A stretch of 64,000 nt of DNA from Candidatus Latescibacterota bacterium (lineage in GTDB: Bacteria; Latescibacterota; UBA2968; UBA8231): positions 64,001-128,000 of the forward strand of contig CBDCDC010000002.1 of the NCBI GenBank assembly GCA_965215195.1, written 5' to 3'. This document shows positions 29,322 through 37,123 of this stretch, piece after piece (the first letter of the stretch is position 1; each line of letters starts with the position of its first letter). Position numbers and translations under genes: made by a program. The notes under the pieces are model-generated. The model searched no databases, had not been told where the DNA came from, and worked only from the letters and a program-made list of their open reading frames with translations.

Positions 29322-30236
29322 CTACAAGAATGAAAACCGAACCGGCGCGTTATTCGGCATGACGATTTCTACGAGACGCCACATAGCCTTCTCCGGGCTC
29401 CAGACGAGTCGTACGAAAAACGGGTAGCGCATTGGCCCCTTTTCAAAATCGGCGACCTCTTCCGGCTCTTCGAAGATGAACATGAGTTGGGCCGCCACCC
29501 ACTTTTCGCCGGCCTGTAGAGCTTCCTCTAGCTCGTTTCCCATGGGAGACAAACTCATATAGCCCATGGGGAGCAGGCCATGGGTCTTGATGTAAGCCCA
29601 ATAGTGCTCATACTCTCCTTGCAGCTCGAATACGCGATACGCGCTGTCGAAAAAGGAGATGTTGCCGAAGAAGTAATCGCATCCCTTCGCGTCGAGGTTT
29701 TTTCTGTGCTGGGTTTTTAAGATGGCAAGGGGCGTATCGCCCGCATCGGGGACCGGCTCGGGAATGGGGATACTCATCGCGAGCCCCGCCGCCTTTATCT
29801 GTTCCTGCAACTTTTTTATTTCGGCGATTTCTGCGGCACTAGGACCGCTTTCCAATCGCTCTTTTATCTGCTGTATCTCGTCTGGGTCATCGACGCCTTC
29901 GCGCAAGTAAAAAGTAGCGGCGAGGCTATCGCTGCCGGAAGCGGAAAAGGCGACGAGAAAGTCGTAGAGCCAGTCGCGCAAGTCGGCTTCTTGCTGGGGG
30001 GTGATGGAAATGTCCGCCTTGACGGGGATAGCCTCGACGGCCTGCTGCAATTCGTCGCCGGCCTTGACCAGGACCATGTCCAAACTGTGGATGTAGTCGA
30101 GATAGGCTTGGTGGCCGTCGGCATCAGGCGAAAAGCCGCCGTACTGAGGCTGGGGATCGGCCGCGGTCGTGCTGGCGACAGCCAGCCAAGCGGCGACTAG
30201 GGCAAAAGACAGGGTGTTAATGGCTAAAGGTTTCAT
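29322..30236 (-). CDS. FYLREGVNNP family paralog 7
   Basis: Start reassigned to MKPLAIN (AAGGAG RBS); long insertion after EGVDDP. Confidence 0.9.
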   Translation of the reverse strand: MKPLAINTLSFALVAAWLAVASTTAADPQPQYGGFSPDADGHQAYLDYIHSLDMVLVKAGDELQQAVEAIPVKADISITPQQEADLRDWLYDFLVAFSASGSDSLAATFYLREGVDDPDEIQQIKERLESGPSAAEIAEIKKLQEQIKAAGLAMSIPIPEPVPDAGDTPLAILKTQHRKNLDAKGCDYFFGNISFFDSAYRVFELQGEYEHYWAYIKTHGLLPMGYMSLSPMGNELEEALQAGEKWVAAQLMFIFEEPEEVADFEKGPMRYPFFVRLVWSPEKAMWRLVEIVMPNNAPVRFSFL

Positions 30237-30375
30237 GGTGTTCTCCTTGTTCTTGGGTTTGTCGTTGTCGCGATGGCGAGTAATTGGCTGGTACTTGTCC
30301 GTGTGCTGGCTTGCCTTGGGGTAGTGGCGAGTTACCTCCTTTCTGTTGTGGGTTGCTGCTTCTGTAGGCATTATC

Positions 30376-30390
30376 GCAATTATCGTGCCA
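30376..30390 (-). promoter_or_regulatory. Sigma-54 promoter
   Basis: TGGCACGATAATTGC; dyad cluster at 30535-30596. Confidence 0.9.
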
Positions 30391-30790
30391 ATGAATGGCC
30401 AGCGGGCGATAATCGCGCCGATTGCTTTGATTTTATACATCCTAACTGACTTTTATACAATACTTTATAAAAAATGAACTAATTTCCTCGTCCATCTCTC
30501 AGGCTTTTTGCGACGCTCGCTTGATACGCTAAAAGTGCGCGGATATATCGCACAAGTGCGTCGAATCATCGCTTTTAGTGCGCCTAAACATCGCACGGAC
30601 ATACCAGTCATTTGCGGCGCAAGTCCTGCTCCGTTGAACGGAGCCGCTGATATTTTTTAAGCAGCGTCTGACGATGCAGTTGATGCGGAACGAGCGGCAG
30701 ATGCGATCGGGTCGGGCTAACGGGTAAGTCGGCGGATAGTGCGGGGGGATGGCAGGAGGGGATTTCGGTCTCTGGGACGGTCAGTTGCGG

Positions 30791-30823
30791 CGGGGCGTCG
30801 CCTGCTAAACAGACGACGCCCCG
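30791..30823. terminator. Stem-loop after the GT2 gene
   Basis: CGGGGCGTCG...CGACGCCCCG inverted repeat immediately after the stop codon. Confidence 0.55.
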
Positions 30824-30827
30824 ATTT

Positions 30828-31883
30828 TCAGGCTGCCCGAGCGGGATGCCGCAGCAGCAGGGCTTCGATCTCGGCTAGCTCGTCGGGCTGGACTTCGCTG
30901 TACCGCTCGTGAAGGTGCAATAGGTCGCGCAAGACCAATTCGGCGGGAATGAGCAGATCGGGCCAGATGCCCGCCCGCCACAGCTCAATTAACCGCAGCT
31001 TGGGGTCGCGGTTTTCCCGCACCATGTAGTCAATGGCTTGGTCCCGGGTGCGCTGTTCGGCGGCGAGTTTGCTCGGGTCGGAAAACTCGTGATAGTGGTA
31101 CAAGTGATACGTCAGGGCGCGGCGGGCAAAGCCCGGGCCGACGCCGGCGCGCTGCAAGCGATAGGCCAAATCCCATCCCTCGGAAAACGGAATGTCCGCC
31201 GCAAAACCGCCCACCTCGCAGAAGGCTTGGCGCGGCACCGCGCTGTTGTGCGGATAAAAGCCGAGAAAGCCCACCGGCGAATCGGGGTGCGCCGCGTACA
31301 GCTCCGCGGCTTGATCCTGCATGGCCTTCAGCTCGTCAAAGGGATAGCCGCCCTCTTGGGCGCGGGCGTGGATGCCGGCAAAGTCGTGGCGAATCTGGTC
31401 TTGGGTAATCAGCACCCGCTCTCGATTGATCAGCAGGAAATCGGCTAAGACGCTCGGGGTGCGCTCTTGGTCAAACACGGCCTGCTGCGGGTCGGGCAGA
31501 TACTCGATGAGGGGCAGGCTATACATGAAGCCGCACAAATAGCGCTGGCACGCCCCGCGCTCCCACTCTGCCCACAGGTGCTCCAACCAATCGGGATGCG
31601 GCAGGGCGTCGCCGTCGAGAAAGGCCACCAACGCGCCCCGCGCCTGTTCGACGCCGGCGTTGCGCGCCCGGCAGCGCCCCACATTGGGCCGCATTCGCAC
31701 CACATGTACCGCTGGATATTCAGCGGCCAGCATGGCGTCCGTGCCATCGGTGCAGCCATCGTCAACGACGATGACCTCAAAACGCTCCTTGGGAAAATGC
31801 TGGCAAGCTAGGCCGCACAACACCAAGCGCAGACGCGCCCGCTGGTTGTGGGTGGCAATGACGACGGAAATATCGGGGTTCAT
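30828..31883 (-). CDS. Glycosyltransferase family 2 (GT-A)
   Basis: ISVVIATHN, EVIVVDDG.TD.T, ARNAG, AFLDGD (DxD) and F..VGGF...E..DL.YRL. Confidence 0.92.
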   Translation of the reverse strand: MNPDISVVIATHNQRARLRLVLCGLACQHFPKERFEVIVVDDGCTDGTDAMLAAEYPAVHVVRMRPNVGRCRARNAGVEQARGALVAFLDGDALPHPDWLEHLWAEWERGACQRYLCGFMYSLPLIEYLPDPQQAVFDQERTPSVLADFLLINRERVLITQDQIRHDFAGIHARAQEGGYPFDELKAMQDQAAELYAAHPDSPVGFLGFYPHNSAVPRQAFCEVGGFAADIPFSEGWDLAYRLQRAGVGPGFARRALTYHLYHYHEFSDPSKLAAEQRTRDQAIDYMVRENRDPKLRLIELWRAGIWPDLLIPAELVLRDLLHLHERYSEVQPDELAEIEALLLRHPARAA

Positions 31884-32494
31884 GGGGTTGTCCTCCGAGG
31901 TATGCCCCCCACCGCCGCCGTTGGCGGCGACTCCCCCCCGAGGGGGGAGGGATGGTTGCCCAAAGTGGAAACCATCTCGGGCGACTCAGCTCTTGGGGGG
32001 GCGTGATGGATAATCTCAAGGGTTAAATGGCATTCGTAGTGCAGCCCTTCGGGAACGGTCAGCGGGCGGTTGGGTTCGGTGGCGGCGTTGGGGTTGGGGA
32101 CCATGAGTTGCGGAATGTCCACGACCGACTTGGAACACATCACCCGGTGGCAGTCTATATGGCCAAAGTAATAATCGAGAAACGCCTCGCTGTGCTGCTC
32201 AATGCGCTGGCGCAGCAAGGGGTCGGTTACGTTGTCCGCGGTCATGGCATGGCGGCCCAAGGCGATGCCGTGAAATTCCACGGGCAACCAGCCGGTTTCG
32301 TGCGCGTACAGCTCTACCCAAGTGTGGCCGAAGATGGGGTTGTCGTACGTGCTAATGCCATAGCGATCTGGTCCTTGCGGCGCGACAGCTAAGCCACCGG
32401 TCACCTCGCGGGCCGGAATGCCCAGCAGACGGCACAGGGCCATGTAGGTGCGGCTCAGGGTAATGCAGTGGCCGCTGTCGTCGCGGAGCGTCAT
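31880..32494 (-). pseudogene. C-terminal fragment of a transglutaminase-like protein
   Basis: G.C...S....ALCR..GIPAR.V.G, H.WVE.Y....GW.PVE core; N-terminus is missing and it abuts the truncated GT gene. Confidence 0.75.
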
Positions 32495-32501
32495 GGCCGT
32501 G

Positions 32502-33139
32502 CTACACGCTAGGCACCGGCCCGGCCGACGGATGGAACGGAGGCACATCGGCCAGCAGGAACGCGCTGCGGTGGGGCCGCTGCTGGGCGAAGTGTTCGGC
32601 GAGGTATTCGTCAAAGCGGCCGGCTTGCCTCGGGAAGTAATCGGGCAGGCGAATGGGGCTGGAGTAGGTGGGCAGGTTGTACGCCGCGTCTATAAAGGCG
32701 ATGTCGATGCCTTCCAAGGCGGCCGTGAGCCGCAGCGTGGGTCGCAAGTCGGCGATGAGCAAGGAGGGCTGCACTTGGCGCACCAGGGCTCGCTCGGCCT
32801 CGACGCAGCGCCTGATCCACTCGTCGTCGTAGTATTCGTACTCGCCCCGGGCTACGTATTCGTCCATGCGCTGTTGCGGCATGGTTTCGATGTCGTAGAG
32901 CGCGAAGCCTTCGTCCGCAATTGCGGCCCCCGCCCGGCGAAGACGACCTCGTACCCGCGCTGGCGCAGCGCACGTGCGACCACGAGCGGGCGAATCACGT
33001 GGGCCAAACTGTAGCCGTGACAGAACACGAGGAGGCGATGCTGGTTGCGCTGGAGGGCTGCCGCCCGCTCCGTTTTGGCCAGAAAGGCGTTCCAAACGGT
33101 CAACCAATCCCACAGCTTTTTGTTCAATTGTGCTAGCAT
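32502..33139 (-). pseudogene. Frameshifted, 3'-truncated GT-B (family 1/28-like) glycosyltransferase
   Basis: LAHVIRPLVVARALRQRGYEVVFAG in one frame continues as ADEGF...VQPSLLIADLRP in another (shift near 32922); the C-terminal domain is absent. Confidence 0.75.
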
Positions 33140-33192
33140 GGCGTTCTGCTTTCACCAAGGGGTGCAGGGTATTGCTTCTGCTAGCATTACTT

Positions 33193-33207
33193 GCAATTGT
33201 CGTGCCA
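33193..33207 (-). promoter_or_regulatory. Sigma-54 promoter
   Basis: TGGCACGACAATTGC; dyad cluster at 33331-33391. Confidence 0.9.
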
Positions 33208-33452
33208 GTCGTGGGCCAGCGGGGTGCAAACGGGCCGCTAAAAGTGATCTAAGTATCTGTTAGATAAGGGATTGTGAAAGTAACGAAAATTTTGTCGAGC
33301 CTTTTGCTGCGACTGCTTGCTCCTGTGAAAGTGCGATAATATAGCGCATAAATGCGTCGAATTATCGCGCTAATGCGATTAATCATCGCACGGGTGCGGT
33401 GGGCAGGCTCTGCTTACTGGAACGGTGCTGATGCCTGTGAGGCGGCGTTTGA

Positions 33453-33692
33453 CGATTAACTCCCGAAGAACGTCTGGCTAGGCTCAAGGGCGTTTACGAG
33501 CATCTAGCGACGCAGGCCCATATTAGCGAAGTCAAAGCCGAAGTTGGCGGAGTCAAAGTCGAAGTTGCCCGATTAGAGGGAGAGCTCAAAGCCGAAATTG
33601 CCAACCTCAAAGGCAGTTTTCGAACTTTGCTTATTGCACTATCTGCTGGTTTAGCTCTACTCAATATCATTTTGCGGTTCTGGTCTTCGTAA
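33453..33692 (+). pseudogene. Small coiled-coil + C-terminal TM protein (DUF1640/CCDC90-like) lacking a start codon
   Basis: Manual translation RLTPEERLARLKGVYEHLATQAHISEVKAEV...LLIALSAGLALLNIILRFWSS*; stop directly upstream. Confidence 0.5.
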
Positions 33693-33715
33693 TTTCGTTG
33701 ATGCGGTCGGCCGCG

Positions 33716-33749
33716 GAAACGGGCAGCCCGTCTATGAGCTGCCCGTTTC
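33716..33749. terminator. Hairpin between convergent genes
   Basis: GAAACGGGCAGC-N10-GCTGCCCGTTTC, perfect 12-bp stem. Confidence 0.7.
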
Positions 33750-33774
33750 TGCTGCATTGCCTATTAAAGTTGAA

Positions 33775-34626
33775 TCACGTGGCATCAAATAGAAACAGAA
33801 CCGGCGCGTCATTAGGCGCGAAGGCTTCTACAAGACGCCATATATCTTGTCCTCGAATCCAGACGAGTCGCACGAAAAACGGATGGCGCACCGGCTCTGC
33901 AAAGCCAGCGAACTCCGCAGGCTCTTCGGCGATGAACGTGAACTCGGCCGCTACCCACTGCCCGCCCAACTTTAGTCCTTCCTCAATATCGCCTCTCAGT
34001 TCGGGAGACCACTCCGTATAGCGCATGGGGAGCAGGCCGCGGGTCTGAGCGTAGTCCCGATAGCTCTCGTAATAGTCGCCTTGCAGCTCGAACACTCGGT
34101 ACGCGCTGTCGAAAAAGGAGACCTTGTCAAAGCAGTAATCGCGCCTGTTCATGTGGAATTCGTCCCTCTTTACGTTGAGGCTGAACCTGTGCATGGCTTT
34201 GAAGAGGTCAAAAGGCGTCGCGTCAACGGGTAACTCGGGCATCTGTCTGTATCCCATGGTCTGTAGCTGCTGGGCGGTTAAGGGGCCACCCAGTTTAATG
34301 GCTGCAAGTTGCCTTTTTAGCTCTGCGATTCCTTCGGCATTGACGCCTCCGCGCAGGTAAAATTCGGCCGCGAGGCTGTCGTTGCCGGAGGCGGAGAAGG
34401 CGACTAAGAAGTCGTAGAGCCAAGCGCGCAGGTCGGCTTCTTGCGCGGGGGTGATGGAAAGGTCCGCCTCGACGGGGATGGCCTCGACGGCCTGTTGCAA
34501 TTGGTCGCCGGCCTCGATCTTGATCGTCGGGTGCCTGTCGGCATCGGGTGCGCCTCTAGGGACGGCAGCAGCCGTGCCAATGGCGAACCAAGCGGCGATT
34601 AGGGCGAAAATGGCTACGGGTTTCAT
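33775..34626 (-). CDS. FYLREGVNNP family paralog 8
   Basis: Signal peptide; FYLRGGVN variant; N-terminal YGGF helix deleted. Confidence 0.88.
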   Translation of the reverse strand: MKPVAIFALIAAWFAIGTAAAVPRGAPDADRHPTIKIEAGDQLQQAVEAIPVEADLSITPAQEADLRAWLYDFLVAFSASGNDSLAAEFYLRGGVNAEGIAELKRQLAAIKLGGPLTAQQLQTMGYRQMPELPVDATPFDLFKAMHRFSLNVKRDEFHMNRRDYCFDKVSFFDSAYRVFELQGDYYESYRDYAQTRGLLPMRYTEWSPELRGDIEEGLKLGGQWVAAEFTFIAEEPAEFAGFAEPVRHPFFVRLVWIRGQDIWRLVEAFAPNDAPVLFLFDAT

Positions 34627-34658
34627 GGTATCCTCCTCGGGTGGATGGTTAGGGGCCG

Positions 34659-35456
34659 TTATATGGCCGAGAAAAGGAACGAATGCGGCAGTTTGGCGTT
34701 ATAGACGACCTCGACAAAGCGCCACATCGCCCGCTCCGAATCCCAAACTAGTCGGCAAAAGAAGGGGGTGCAGACTGGCTCGGCCGAACCAGCCGATTCG
34801 GTCGGCTCTTGGGTGACAAATGCGACGTCGGTGAAAATCCGCTTCTCGCCCGCCCGCAGTGCCGCCTCAATCTCTTGCTGCAATTTGAACCTCGCCTTGA
34901 CCACGTTCCTCGGATGCGACCGATAGCGCTCGTAGCGGCCCTGCATCTCGAACACCTTGAACGTGCTGTGGCGAAAGAAGGCATTGCCAAAGCGGTAGTC
35001 ATAGCCTTGGTCGTCGAGTATGGCGCGGTGCATGGCTTGGAACAGGGCAAAGGGGGTGTCGCCTTTGGGGATGCCCCAACTCTCCAAGGTCTTCTGCATG
35101 TTCTTCAAGGCCGTGGGGTTGTTGACGCCCTCGCGCAGGTAAAATTCGGCCGCGAGGCTGTCGTTGCCGGAGGCGGAGAAGGCGACTAAGAAGTCGTAGA
35201 GCCAGTCGCGCAGGTCGGCTTCTTGCGCGGGGGTGATGGGGACGCCGGTGGCGATGGGGATGGCCTCAATGGCCTGCCACAGCTTGGGACCGGCCTTGAC
35301 CTCGATCTTCTCCACGGTGTGGGTATAGTCCAGCAAGCCTTGGAGTTTGTCGAGGCGGGGATCAAAGCCGCCGTGCGGGTACTTGGTCTCGACGGCCGCT
35401 GCGCTGGAGACGGCGATCAGCGCGAGAGATAGGATGCCAATGGCTAAGCGTTGCAT
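34659..35456 (-). CDS. FYLREGVNNP family paralog 9
   Basis: Signal peptide, AAGGAGG RBS, family blocks. Confidence 0.9.
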   Translation of the reverse strand: MQRLAIGILSLALIAVSSAAAVETKYPHGGFDPRLDKLQGLLDYTHTVEKIEVKAGPKLWQAIEAIPIATGVPITPAQEADLRDWLYDFLVAFSASGNDSLAAEFYLREGVNNPTALKNMQKTLESWGIPKGDTPFALFQAMHRAILDDQGYDYRFGNAFFRHSTFKVFEMQGRYERYRSHPRNVVKARFKLQQEIEAALRAGEKRIFTDVAFVTQEPTESAGSAEPVCTPFFCRLVWDSERAMWRFVEVVYNAKLPHSFLFSAI

Positions 35457-35506
35457 GATGCCCTCCTTGTGGAAGAGTGTGGGTTGTCGCTTCGATGAGG
35501 GCTATT

Positions 35507-35521
35507 GCAACTATCGTGCCA
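35507..35521 (-). promoter_or_regulatory. Sigma-54 promoter
   Basis: TGGCACGATAGTTGC, ~50 bp upstream of paralog 9. Confidence 0.88.
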
Positions 35522-35716
35522 AAGGAGGGACCAGCGGCTGCCAATCGCGCCGCTTGTTTGATTATTACTACATAACTGCCTGCTAAATAATACTTTATGA
35601 ACGTAAGGCGGTTTTTTATTTGTCTCTCAAATTCTTTTCAGCGGCCATTTGGGCGATCTACTCACTGTGCGTCAGCGGACAGCAGGTGTTCGCCAGCGGA
35701 CAGTAGGAGAGCGCCT

Positions 35717-37120
35717 TCAGGGCCAGCGGCTGTACTGGCTCACGTCGATGTTGAACTGCTTGATCTTGCGCTGTAAGTTGCGCCGCCCCAACTGGATCTG
35801 CTGAGCAGCGTGGCTGATGTTGCCGCCGGTTTTCTCTAGGGCGTCGCGGATGAACTGCTCCTCAAAGCGCTGGCGCGCCTCGTGGAAGAGCGAGTCGGGC
35901 CGCTCCACCGCTTCGGCTTCTGCCGCGACTGGCTCATCCTGACGGCCGGTGTTCTCTACGATAGTCGCCGGCAGATCCTCCACCTCGATTTCCCGTCCTT
36001 TGGCAAGGGCTAGGGCGCGCATGAGCGCGTTTTCCATTTCGCGCACATTGCCCGGCCAGTCGTAGGCTTCGAGACACTCTAGGGCCTCCTTGCTGACCCC
36101 TTGTATCTGCTTGTTGAAGCGGTCGTTGAGGCGGTCGATAAAGAAGTGGCAGAACAAGGGGATGTCGCCCTTGCGCTGGCGCAGCGGCGGCACCTCAATG
36201 GTGACCGCGTTGAGGCGGTAGAACAAATCCTCGCGGAACTGGCCCGCGGCCACGGCCTCGGTCAAATTGCGGTTGGTCGCAGACAGGACGCGCACATCCA
36301 CCTTGTGAGTCTCGGTCGATCCCACCATCTCGAACTCCCCTTCCTGCAACACGCGCAACAGCCGGGTTTGCAAGCCCACCTCCATGTCGCCGATTTCGTC
36401 GAGGAACAGGGTGCCGCCGTCGGCTTCCATAAAGCGCCCCTTGCGGTTGCGCACCGCGCTGGTGAAAGCGCCTTTTACGTGCCCGAACAATTCGCTCTCT
36501 AGTACGCCCGGGTTCAAGGCCGCGCAGTTACAGCGCACAAAGGGGCCGGCCGCCCGGTCGCTGGCGCGGTGGATGGCCGCGGCCACGAGCTCCTTGCCGG
36601 TGCCGCTCTCGCCGCAGATTAGCACCGGCAGGGGGGTGGAAGCCACGTCTTGGACCAGCCGGTAGATTTGCCGCATCTGCTCGGTCTCGCCGACCATGCC
36701 CAACCCGGTGCCCTGTGCTTGGCGCAGGCGCTCGTTTTCGGCCCGCAGCTTTTGCAACTCGCGGATGTTGTTGATGTGGCTGAGGATTTCTTCGGCGTTA
36801 AAGGGCTTTGCCAGATACCCATAGGCGCCCAGCTTGACGGTTTCTACCGCGCTTTGGACATCTGCATACGCCGTTAAGATGAGCACTTCCTCGGGCCGCT
36901 GGCGCACGTTGAGCTGCCGCAGAAATTCGAGGCCGCTCATCTCGGGCATGTGCAAGTCGAGCAGGATGATGTCGAAGGACTCGTCGCGTAGGAGCGCGAG
37001 GGCCTCGCGCGCGTCTGAGCGGGTTTCCACCGCAAAGCCCTCGCGCCGCAAGATGCTGCTCGACAGCTTGAGCAGGTCCTGCTCGTCGTCGATCATGAGT
37101 ATTTTGCCGTCGTGGGCCAT
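35717..37120 (-). CDS. NtrC-family sigma-54-dependent response regulator
   Basis: Receiver domain, GESGTGKE, ESELFGH.KGAFTSA, LFLDEIGDM, FREDLFYRL, WPGNVRE and a Fis-type HTH. Confidence 0.96.
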   Translation of the reverse strand: MAHDGKILMIDDEQDLLKLSSSILRREGFAVETRSDAREALALLRDESFDIILLDLHMPEMSGLEFLRQLNVRQRPEEVLILTAYADVQSAVETVKLGAYGYLAKPFNAEEILSHINNIRELQKLRAENERLRQAQGTGLGMVGETEQMRQIYRLVQDVASTPLPVLICGESGTGKELVAAAIHRASDRAAGPFVRCNCAALNPGVLESELFGHVKGAFTSAVRNRKGRFMEADGGTLFLDEIGDMEVGLQTRLLRVLQEGEFEMVGSTETHKVDVRVLSATNRNLTEAVAAGQFREDLFYRLNAVTIEVPPLRQRKGDIPLFCHFFIDRLNDRFNKQIQGVSKEALECLEAYDWPGNVREMENALMRALALAKGREIEVEDLPATIVENTGRQDEPVAAEAEAVERPDSLFHEARQRFEEQFIRDALEKTGGNISHAAQQIQLGRRNLQRKIKQFNIDVSQYSRWP

Positions 37121-37123
37121 GTC

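Noticed and set aside
30237-30440. N-terminal extension of ORF 29322..30440 (similarly 23577..25142, 39266..40276, 57803..58702)
   Set aside because: The extensions cross promoters or neighbouring genes; RBS positions and paralog or family alignment support the downstream starts.
6788-35456. Diversity-generating retroelement behind the variable segments
   Set aside because: No reverse transcriptase in the window; the differences include indels and are not visibly adenine-restricted.
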